32,000 nt of DNA from NCBI GenBank assembly GCA_963677765.1, contig OY782392.1, forward strand, positions 240,001-272,000, given 5' to 3'. Positions 1 through 8,677 of the stretch are shown in pieces. Made by a program: the position numbers and the translations under genes. Numbering within the stretch: the stretch's first letter is position 1; each line of letters begins with the position of its first letter. Source of the DNA: Candidatus Saccharimonadota bacterium. Its GTDB lineage: Bacteria > Patescibacteriota > Gracilibacteria > BD1-5 > UBA6164. The notes beneath the pieces are model-generated. The model saw only the letters and a list, made by a program, of their open reading frames with translations. It was not told the origin of the DNA and did no database searches.

Positions 1-2
1 GA

Positions 3-506
3 TTACCTACATCAAAATGACTTAGAGCTTTTGTTAATTTTTTGATGCAACAAGTTCCTGAGTATTTTTTAGAAGTTGAAAATATAGAAAATAAAGCATG
101 AAAAATAAATAATATATGGGATTTTTCAAACAAGATAAGTTTTGAGTTAGCTAAAAACACTTGAGAAATCGCTTTTTTTGCTGTAGAAGAAAAAAATATA
201 ATGAATTATTCTGGTATTTGATATTTCCTAGAAAATAATCATTCTAGATTATGAAACTCTATTTTTTCTATTATAAAAATGCTTGATGACAAAGATAGTT
301 TTCTAAACTTCATAAAAAGTTTTCCTATAAATTCAAGCATAGATGTTTTTATATGAGAAGAAAATATACTTCCATTTCTAAAAGACTATACAATTATAAT
401 AAAAAAAGTTTATATAGATTGAATGGAAGCATATATATGAATTATATGAAGCCTAAAAATGAATTATAGCTTTAATATAAGTGCTGTAAACTGAATAATA
501 AAATAG
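3..506 (+). CDS. hypothetical protein, 5'-truncated by window edge
   Basis: Frame 3 is open from the window start to TAG 504-506 when TGA=Gly (10 in-frame TGA, hand count). Ends ...NISAVNGIIK*. No motif recognised. Confidence 0.5.
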
Positions 507-538
507 AAGAATAATTTTAAAAATTATTCTTCTATTTT
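500..538. terminator. bidirectional hairpin shared by convergent genes
   Basis: Arms aaaatagaagaataa (500-514) and ttattcttctatttt (524-538) are exact reverse complements. The left arm contains the + gene stop; the right arm encodes the last codons (KIEE*) of the - gene. Confidence 0.6.
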
Positions 539-712
539 ATTTATAGACTCTTGTCTTTTATTTAATGTATTAACAACATCTCTAGCATTATCTGGAGCAG
601 TATCCAAAGTATTTATATAGTTTTCTCAAATATCTTTAGTTTCTTGTATTACTTGTGATTCGCATGAGTATAAAAAACTAATAAATAAAGTTATTAATAA
701 TGTTTTTTTCAT
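524..712 (-). CDS. small putative lipoprotein (62 aa)
   Basis: ATG at 712, TAA at 524-526. MKKTLLITLFISFLYSCESQ... has a hydrophobic signal followed by a Cys (lipobox-like LYSC). Lies 8 nt downstream of the rluD stop on the same strand. Confidence 0.55.
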
Positions 713-720
713 ATAAATAT

Positions 721-1656
721 CTAATTATATTTTAAATCTCATATTATTTTTTTCATATCTGGTTTCAAGTCTCATATGAATTTTTGTTTTTTTCAATATA
801 AATCAAATTCTAAACTATATGCATGTAAAGCCTGTCTAGATAATCAAAATTTTGAAAATACTAGATTATTGATTTTTTCTTTTGAATAAACTTTATCTCA
901 TATTATAGGAAATCCTATACTTGATAAATGAACTCTTATTTGATGAGTTCTTCATGTTTCTATATTTACTTTCAAAAGACTATAATTATCCCCTATATAT
1001 CACAACAACTCAGCATTTGTAATAGCTATCTTTGGATTAATAGGATTTTTTGTAGTCATTTTTAATCTATTATTCGGATCTCTTCAAATATAACTCTCTA
1101 TTCTAAATTTATCTTTTGATACTTTTCAATAAACTATAGCTAAATAATTTTTTGTTATTTTTCTATCTTTTATTATTTCTGATAAATAATTCATCATTTT
1201 ATCAGTTTTTGCTATAAGTATAATTCAAGAAGTATCTTTGTCTAACCTATGTACTATTCAAGGTCTTTCAACTCATCATATACTCGGCAAATTATCTTTA
1301 CAATGATATAATATAGCATTAACTAATGTGTTACTATTACCTCATTCTCAAGGTACAGGATGTACATTTATAGAAGAGTCTTTATTTATAATAAGTATTT
1401 CATTATCTTCATATATAATATCTATATCTATTTTTTCTGGTTCTATTTTGTCTAAAGATTTTTTTATAATATGAACCTTTAATTCATCTCTAGATGAAAT
1501 TTTTATATTTTTATTTACTACTTTTCAATTTACAGATAAATTTCATGAATCAATAATTTTTTGTATATAACTTCTAGAAAAATCATTAAAAAGAGTAGAT
1601 AAATAAATATCTACTCTTACTTTTTTTTCAGAATATACACAAAAATTATATATCAT
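721..1656 (-). CDS. rluD: RluA-family 23S rRNA pseudouridine synthase (RluD-like), 311 aa
   Basis: Code-25 translation gives an S4-like N-terminus (VRVDIYLS...SRSYIQKII), the catalytic motif GIVHRLDKDTSGIILIAK (the final G is a TGA, 1225-1251), TGRTHQIRVHL, PIIGDKVY and LSRQALHAYSLEF. Confidence 0.9.
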
Positions 1657-1666
1657 TATTTTATAA

Positions 1667-2065
1667 TTATAATCATAATGATGATTTTATATCATCAATT
1701 TTATCTTGATCTTGATTTTCTTTTTCTTTTGCTTCTATTTCAGCATTATATAAATCACCTAAATCAATCCATTCTGATTGTTGTTTTGCAACAAGTTTTT
1801 TTATATCATCTGGATGTTGTTTAGCTAATTCTCTGAATTTTTCTCTTTCTTCTGTAAAAACTTTTATCAATTCATCAAATTGAAATTGAGACAAAGTAGG
1901 AACAGCATCAATAACTCTCTTTTTTTCCATAGTATTAAGAGAAAGACTATATTTTAATAAGTCTAAAAAATCTTTTTCATCAACTTGAACATCTCAAGAG
2001 TGATTTTCTATCATTGATAGAACTAAAGTATCTACTTCTTGTTCTCTCAAATTATTTTCTTGCAT
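1667..2065 (-). CDS. hypothetical acidic protein (132 aa)
   Basis: ATG 2063-2065, TAA 1667-1669. This extends the track ORF 1673..1930 at both ends by reading through TGA. Sequence: MQENNLREQEVDTLVLSMIENHSGDVQVDEKD...KSSLGL*. Likely cotranscribed with rluD (10-nt gap). Confidence 0.6.
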
Positions 2066-2149
2066 AAATTAATTGAAAAATACTAAATTTAGTTTATATT
2101 ATAACAATAAATTATATTTTTCAATATTATTTTTTAACAAAATAAAAAA

Positions 2150-2701
2150 TTGTCAGTTTTTAAAGATAAAGCCATAGTATTAAAAATAGATAAAATAAAA
2201 GACAAAGAATTATTATATAGCTTATTTACATATGAATACTGAAAGATAAAGGCAAATAAAAAATATTCAGCAAGAGAAAAAAGTATTGATTTATGAAATA
2301 TAATAAACTTTGAAATACATACAAAAGAAAACCTAAGTATTCATAAGATAAAAAATATAAAAATAAAATCTGTATTTGATATAAAAAAAGAAAAAAAATT
2401 TTCCTGTATAAATTTATATTTGGAATTATTAGCCCTAGTTTATAGAGAGATTTCTCCATGAATTCAAAATAAAGAAATATTTGAAATAGTAGAACATATA
2501 AATACATACGAAAACATAGAAGATATAAAAATTATTTTAGCTAAAATAAAAATCAAATACCTACTATGAAATATTTGATTAGAACATAACAATACAACAA
2601 TAAAAAAAATATTAAAGTTTATTTCAATTAATCACATAAATGAAATATTAAAACTAAGTTGAATAAATGAAGAATTAAAAAAAGAATTAGAAAAAATCTA
2701 A
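2150..2701 (+). CDS. recO: RecO-like recombination mediator, short form (183 aa); start uncertain (TTG)
   Basis: The frame is open from 2138 to TAA 2699-2701 and has no in-frame ATG near the 5' end, so TTG 2150 was chosen. The N-terminus KDKAIVLKIDKIKDKELLYSLFTYEYGKIKANKKYSAREKS resembles the RecO OB-fold pattern, followed by a helical region (FSCINLYLELLALVY). No CxxC zinc finger. Confidence 0.5.
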
Positions 2702-2707
2702 TTCTTT
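2681..2707. terminator. bidirectional hairpin between recO-like gene and LRR-MAM pilin gene
   Basis: aaagaattag (2681-2690) pairs with ctaattcttt (2698-2707), with a 7-nt loop. Flanked by an A-run upstream and a T-run downstream. The recO stop codon lies in the right arm. Confidence 0.6.
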
Positions 2708-2712
2708 TTTTA

Positions 2713-5676
2713 CTATTTTTCTCAAACAGTTATAGCATCTATAGAAAAATCTCATTGATAATTATAACCTGAGACATAATTAATAACTATAAAAGCAGTA
2801 TTACTAGGTAAATCTATATCAGGAGTTTTAGTCCAAGAAGAAGTATAATATGAATGTTGTTGTCCATTAATAGTATATAATGGATTTCATCAATTTAAAA
2901 CATTATTACTAGCATCTCTAGCATAAACACTTACATCTCACATATTAGCTCAATACATATGATAGTAAAAATTTATATAATTTGAATCATCTGTAACATT
3001 ATATATCAATGCTGATGATTTATTAGAAAATCATTTATTATTATCACTAGCCTCTACAAATAAATAAGTATTTCCATCATAAGATCAACTAGGTCAAGTA
3101 TTCCAAGATTTAGTATAACCAGTACTATAATACCAACCATAAGCAGGTCAGTTTTTATTTCTACTTCATATATAAGTCACAGACCAATCTCAAGTATCAT
3201 TTCATTCAAAATTAGTAAAACTTCCTGATGCTTCTTTACATATATTTGTTATATCACCATATCAAGCCAAGTTTTGATCTAATATAGTCCATGTATTACA
3301 TACGCTTGATAAATTTTTCATTCTAATAGAATAAACTTTATCATCTAAACTAATAGTCTTTCAAGCATAAGTATAATTATTTAATACACTCAAATCTTGA
3401 AGACTAGAGTTATTATGTAAATAAAGATTATCTATATTTAAGCTTTGTAATCATGATAAATCAACTACTGAATTGTCTGATAAATCTAGAGTCCTAAGAG
3501 AAGATAAACCTCTATTAAAAACAGTTAAATCATTTACTGAGTTTCAACTAGCATCTAATGACTCTAAACTAGATTTCCATTCAAATCATGATATATCACT
3601 AATGTTATTATCTGAAATATCTACATCAACTATAGACCATTTATCTGTTATTTTTGATATATCACTTAAATTATTATTTGAAACATCTACATATGATAAA
3701 TCACTTGCATTTAATCAGTTAAGATTTGTTAAATTATTATTTGATAAATCAACTCTTACTAATGTCCAAACTGAATTTAATCCTCAAATATCAGTTAAAC
3801 TATTATTTGAAGCATCAAAATTTCAAGCAATTCTTCAAATTTGACTTAATCAGTTAAGATTAGTTAAATTATTATTACTAATATTTAATTCTCATAAAAC
3901 TTCTCTTAACTCATTGAAGTTAGCTAAATCAGAATCAGTTAATCATGCTCAAGAACAATCTATATTTCAGTTATAAGTTCAATTTGTCGAATTAAAATTA
4001 TTATCAAACTCTGTTTCACTTATTCAACACATTGAAACTAATACATTTTTAAAATCAAGATAAGGAGCAAAACTACAAGAAGATCAATCCCATGTATATC
4101 AAGATAAACAAGTATATTTACAAGAGTTAGATTGATTTACAGAACTATATCAAGTAGTAAAACTAGGAGTCCATGAACTTCAATCCCATGTTTGTGTTAT
4201 AGTAGATCAATCCCACCATGTAGATCATGTAGGCAATGTTCAACATGACTCTGTTCTAGTATCTGCTACACATGAACTTCAAACCCAAGAATAATTAGTA
4301 TCACAAGTATATTTACATGCATTTAATTGTTCTGTAGAACTATATCAAGTAGTAAAACTTGGTGTCCATCAACTTCAATCCCAACTTTGTACTATAGTTC
4401 AAGTTCAATCCCACCATATAGCTCAAGTAGGCAATGTTCAACATGATTCAGTTCTTCATCATGCAACACATGAAAATCAATCCCAAGAATAGTTAGTATC
4501 ACATCTATATTTACATGCATTCAATTCTTCTGTAGAACTATATCAAGGAGTAAAACTTGGTGTCCATCAACTTCAATCCCATGTTTGTGTTATAGTAGAT
4601 CAATCCCACCATACTGCTCATGATGGTAATATTCCACAAGCTTCATTTCTAGTAGAAGCTATACATTCATTAGTTGAAGAATTATAATCATAATTATCTT
4701 CACATTTGAACCTACAATCATAAGTACTAGCAGACAAGTTATATTGAGCCTGGTTACTAGGTAAATATTGTCATGAAGTTTCATCCCAATTTTGAGTTAT
4801 GCTAGATTCCGTATTCCATTGAAAATTTGAACTAGGAGCTCATTCACAAGCAACATTATATAAAGTTTGTGCTCATGGTTCACATTCTGATCAATTCCAA
4901 GTAAATCAAGTTTTACATTTAAAATAACAAGGAGAATCTGAATTACTATTTTGCCATGGGGTATTTGATTGAGTTGGAGTATTTATCAAATAATCAGCAT
5001 AAGCATAAGGTTCAGCCTGACATCAATATACATTATCTGCAAAATTATCAACTACATCAGTTATATTGCTAAAAATATCATCTCATGTATTTGAAACTAT
5101 TCTATCATTTCTAAGAAGTACATTAATTAAATCACTATCACCTGTTTCTATATTAAAAGGAGAGCTATATTTTTCTTCTATAGGTACCATTTCACTATCA
5201 AAAAATACTCATACTTCTTTATTTCATACTATGTAAGGAACAAGTCATTCATTATTTTTAACTATAACTTTTTCATATCATAAACTAGTTAGACTAGATT
5301 CATTTTCTAAAAATGTTAAAAGTTGAAAATATTTTCAATCAGCTGATATAGTATAAGTAAAATATCTACCTGTACTAGGATCAACTCATTCCATATTGTA
5401 TTCTATTTTTTCTATAAGGCTAGGTCAAAAATAACCTTGATAAGCTATAGTATCTCAATTATTTTGAATTTCTATAGCTCATTCTGGCATCAAAAAATCA
5501 CCTGAGTTTATTTTTAATGCAACTCAGTCCCTTATATTATTCAATTGAGAAATTCTATTAGAATCTCTTACTCATGATAGATAAGATGTAAAAGATATAA
5601 ATGATATTGTAGCTACAATAGCTATAATAGTCATTACAATTATTAGTTCTATCAAAGTGAATCACTTTTTATTCAT
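2713..5676 (-). CDS. giant modular type IV pilin-like adhesin: prepilin N-terminus + Cys/Trp repeats + LRR array + C-terminal MAM-like domain (987 aa)
   Basis: ATG 5674-5676, TAG 2713-2715; length is divisible by 3 and I met no TAA/TAG in frame. The N-terminus MNKKG|FTLIELIIVMTIIAIVATISF is a class-III signal (G-1, F+1, E+5). It continues with 3 x 65-aa repeats (CGTLPTGAIWWDG..TQ.WDGSGWTPSFTTGYSST..LNACKYTCDTNYSW.G.SC), LRRs (LNISNNNLTNLNGL, VDLSNNNLTNLNGL, VDVSNNNLSDISKI, LDLSDNSVVDLSGL), and MAM-like motifs (GDWSV...GPSGSYDGNTYLFVEAS...FYYHMYGANMGDVSVY...YQGDFSIDAITV). Confidence 0.85.
3376..3942 (-). repeat. leucine-rich repeat array (coding, about 22-24 aa period) inside the 2713..5676 CDS; approximate bounds
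   Basis: Repeated L..L.L.(S/D)NN.(L/I)(T/S)(D/N)(L/I)..(L/I) units in the code-25 translation. The track's 123-aa + strand ORF 3473..3844 is its antisense shadow. Confidence 0.7.
4066..4650 (-). repeat. three tandem about 195-bp (65-aa) Cys/Trp-rich coding repeats
   Basis: The landmark caatcccacc recurs at 4208, 4406 and 4601 (spacing 198 and 195 nt). The three protein units are highly similar and each ends in an EGF-like C-K-Y-x-C-x(3)-Y-x-W-x-G-x-x-C. Confidence 0.8.
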
Positions 5677-5739
5677 AATAAATAGTTATTTTAGTTATAA
5701 ACCATTATATTTTACTACAAACAAGATATAAAAAAAAGA

Positions 5740-5772
5740 AAAACTACTTTACAATCACAGTAAAGTAGTTTT
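5740..5772 (-). terminator. hairpin downstream of the 5776..7434 gene
   Basis: aaaactacttta (5740-5751) pairs with taaagtagtttt (5761-5772), with a 9-nt loop. Lies 4 nt after the stop of the LRR-pilin gene. Confidence 0.6.
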
Positions 5773-5775
5773 AAA

Positions 5776-7434
5776 TTAATCACAAATATGATCAACATTA
5801 GGATAAGAACTTCAATTTTGGTTTCTAATAGTCCAATTATTACAAATATTAGAACTATTATGCATTTTTGTAGTATAGTTTCTAGTATTAATTTGAAAAA
5901 TTCAATTAGTTTGAGTTATTGTTCATAGATAACTTACATTATCTAAAGAATCATTTCATGATAAATTAATATATGTTAAATCTCTCATATCTCTAAGAGC
6001 ATAAGTTGTATTAATATCATTATTCATCAAATTTAAATATTCTAATCAATTAATTCAATATAGTGAATTAATATTTGATATATTATTATTTGCAAGGTTT
6101 AATATTCTTAGAGTATTTCTTCATCAGATAGAAGAAATATCTGTAATATTGTTATCAGACAAATCAAGAGATAATAAATTATTCATACTACTAATAGATG
6201 ATATATTAGTAAGATTATTATCACTAATATCCAAATAATTTATACTATTTAAATTCCTAAGTCATTCTAAGTCAACTAATTGATTTCAAGAAAAATTAAC
6301 ATTAACAAAATTATTAGAAGATCTATTAGATAAAATAGATATATTAGATAAAGAATTATTTTGTATACTAAATAATCAACCTACATATTCTAAGTTACTT
6401 AATGGGTTCAAATTAGTTATGTAATTATTATCTAGAACAAAATTTCAAGTTATTCTTCTAAATCATTGAAATAATAATAAATCATCATCTCTAAGACCTA
6501 TTCAATCACAAATTATATCTCAATTATATTCTCAAGTAGAAGAATTAAAATTAGAGTTAAAAGTTGTTTCTGTTATATTACATTCTCAAGCCAACAAAGA
6601 TGAAATATCAGAGTAATCTATTTCTGGAATAACTCATTCTGGAGCTATTTCACAAAAAAGACCAGTATATCAACTATCACAACTATAACTACAAGAAGCT
6701 CAATTATCAGATTTAACCCAAGATTGATTTACTTCACTAGGAGTTCATTCAAAAAATATAGCATTTGGATAATCAGGTCTAGCCTCACAATAAAATCAAA
6801 CATCTACATAGCAAGGCCATTCAGGATTAATACTTTGATTAGATATAGGTGAAAGCTCCAAACCTGATTCAAAAACTAACTTATATCACTCATCTATAGA
6901 ACAATCGATATTAACATCTCATGAATTAGTTCTATTTATTGGATTATAATCTGAATCAGTAAAAACTCATAAATTATTTTTTCAATAAACATAAGCAAGC
7001 ATAGATTTAGAGTTCAAAAGAAAATTATCTTCATATGTTTTTTTAGGTGCATTTCAAGGTCTTTCCAAAAGAGCTAAAACATCATAATCTTTTTGATTTG
7101 TAGATATATTAACTGTATAAGCTTGTTTTGTAAGTGGATCCTCTCAACTTCAAAAGAATTTTATTTTTTTTAACATATTATCAGATATATCTCATTGACT
7201 AGAATATTTTTCTCAATCAATATAAATATCAACAGAGTTATCTAATCCTAGTTTTTCTTGTCTTGCAAAAGCAAATTCTAATCAGTCTCATATATTTTGA
7301 ACTTGATTAATTCTATTTGTATCCCTAGAATCTTCTAAATAATTAGTATAAGCAACAAATCATATAGTAGATAATATAGTTAAAACCGATATTGTTATTA
7401 ATAACTCAACCAGTGTAAAAGCTTTGTTTTTCAT
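5776..7434 (-). CDS. modular type IV pilin-like LRR protein (552 aa), paralog of 2713..5676 without the MAM domain
   Basis: ATG 7432-7434, TAA 5776-5778. MKNKA|FTLVELLITISVLTILSTIGF is a class-III signal. It continues with an EGF-like Cys module (CSYSCDSGYTGLFC), an LRR N-cap (CNITETTFNSNFNSSTGEYNGDIIC), about 10 LRRs (LDISDNNLTNISSI, LDLSDNNITDISSI, LNLANNNISNINSL) and a C-cap CNNWTIRNQN (compare CNTWTILDQN in the paralog). Confidence 0.85.
5925..6499 (-). repeat. leucine-rich repeat array (coding) inside the 5776..7434 CDS; approximate bounds
   Basis: Periodic L..L.L..N.I..I units in the code-25 translation. Confidence 0.65.
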
Positions 7435-7452
7435 AAATAATATTATTATTTT

Positions 7453-8148
7453 TTAATATCCAACATTTTCCCTAATTCTTTCCAACATAGATTTATCTAC
7501 ATCACTTATATTTTTTGGCATAATAGCTTCTATTTTTACTATCAAGTTACCTTCTTTTCATAATTCTTTTTTTCAAAATCATTTTACTCTAAGTTTTGTT
7601 CAAGGTTTTGTTCATTCGGCTATTTTCACCTTGGCTTTTTGTCAATATACTCAAGTAACTTCAATCTTACATCATAGTATTAAATCAAAAATTGGTACTT
7701 CATAAGTTTTTTCAAAATCAAGAGTTTCTTCTTTTTTAGTAGTATTTTCTTGTCTATAATTTGATCTTTTGTTTCATCACATTCATCATCAGAATATATC
7801 TTCAAAATTAAATTCAAATCATCAAGTTCTAGATCTTTGATTTCATCACATTCATCAGAATATATCTTCAAATCATCAAAATCAAGCTCATCATCAAAAA
7901 GGGTTTCATCATCAAGATCAAAAAGGATTTCATCATGCTTTTCAAAACATATCATATTGTTTTCTTTTTTGATCATCATATAGAGTATCATAAGCCTCCC
8001 CTACTTTTTTAAATTTTTTTTCTGCCTCACTATCTCATTTATTTCTATCTGGATGGTATTCCATAGCTTTTTTCCTATATGCTTTTTTTATCTCTTCTTT
8101 ACTAGCATTTTTTGAAACTCATAATATATCATAATAATTATTTGACAT
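7453..8148 (-). CDS. dnaJ: J-domain co-chaperone (DnaJ/CbpA-like, no zinc finger), 231 aa
   Basis: [69 protein letters not shown] is a canonical J domain with HPD. It is followed by a G/F linker (GGNPFGSGGGNPFGGGAGFGGFEDIFGG...) in which every Gly is a TGA, then a short C-terminal substrate-binding-type domain (KVKIAEGTKPGTKLRVKGFG...GNLIVKIEAIMP). Confidence 0.85.
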
Positions 8149-8206
8149 TTTATTTATTTTGGTTATAAGTTATATAATATATAATTAAAACTAATTCTAT
8201 TAAAAT

Positions 8207-8647
8207 ATGTGAAAAATTACAAGAATTATTCTATCAGTTTTTATATTTTTTTCAATAGCAAATATAGGTTATGCTAACAATTTATCAATAGATAAAACCC
8301 TAGATTTTTACTTTGGATTAGAAGATAGAAAATTAAACTTAGATGAAATAAATAAATATAGTTATAAAGACTATTCAAAAACAAAAATGCTAAATGACTT
8401 CATATATCTTGATTGATTAATGAGATGAGAAATAACAAGATTATATAGAAATGAAGATATAGATTATAACAAAATGAACTGAATTATAAGTAACTATAAT
8501 AAATTTATTTATCATATAAATAAATACTTTTACTATGAGTATTTATCTGAGATATCTAACTATAGCGAGATATCTATTGCAAGTGATAGAAATTTTGAAT
8601 TTGCTAGATGATACTTTCAAAAAACTAAAAATATTATTCGTAGATAA
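8207..8647 (+). CDS. small secreted hypothetical protein (146 aa)
   Basis: ATG 8207, TAA 8645-8647. MGKITRIILSVFIFFSIANIGYA|NN has a signal-peptide-like N-terminus. The protein is rich in Tyr and Asn. No motif recognised. Confidence 0.55.
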
Positions 8648-8650
8648 TAA

Positions 8651-8677
8651 AAAAAGTGATTAAATTAATCACTTTTT
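8651..8677. terminator. bidirectional hairpin between 8207..8647 and the coupling-ATPase gene
   Basis: aaaaagtgatt (8651-8661) pairs with aatcacttttt (8667-8677). The stop of the minus-strand gene (8665-8667) sits at the loop/stem boundary. Confidence 0.6.

Noticed and set aside
3473-3844. The longest track ORF (123 aa, + strand), along with other + or - strand track ORFs such as 2226..2507, 20219..20431, 23086..23295 and 9287..9481.
   Set aside because: All are antisense or out-of-frame shadows of much longer code-25 genes (the LRR array, recO-like gene, acidic protein, phosphatase and coupling ATPase). They are low-complexity and carry no motifs.
4066-4650. The tandem ~195-bp repeats as a CRISPR array, or as a diversity-generating retroelement template/variable repeat pair.
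   Set aside because: The repeats are contiguous with no spacers and in frame inside a long CDS, so they are not CRISPR. Differences between copies are not restricted to adenine positions, and no reverse transcriptase gene is nearby, so I see no DGR signature.
7680-7991. A 103-aa minus-strand ORF in the supplied track with a striking D/E-rich sequence (..DDETLFDDELDFDD..).
   Set aside because: It is the dnaJ-like G/F linker read one frame off, with TGA TGA read as GAT GAT. The real frame (7453..8148) gives a canonical J domain, so this is an artefact of standard-code ORF finding.
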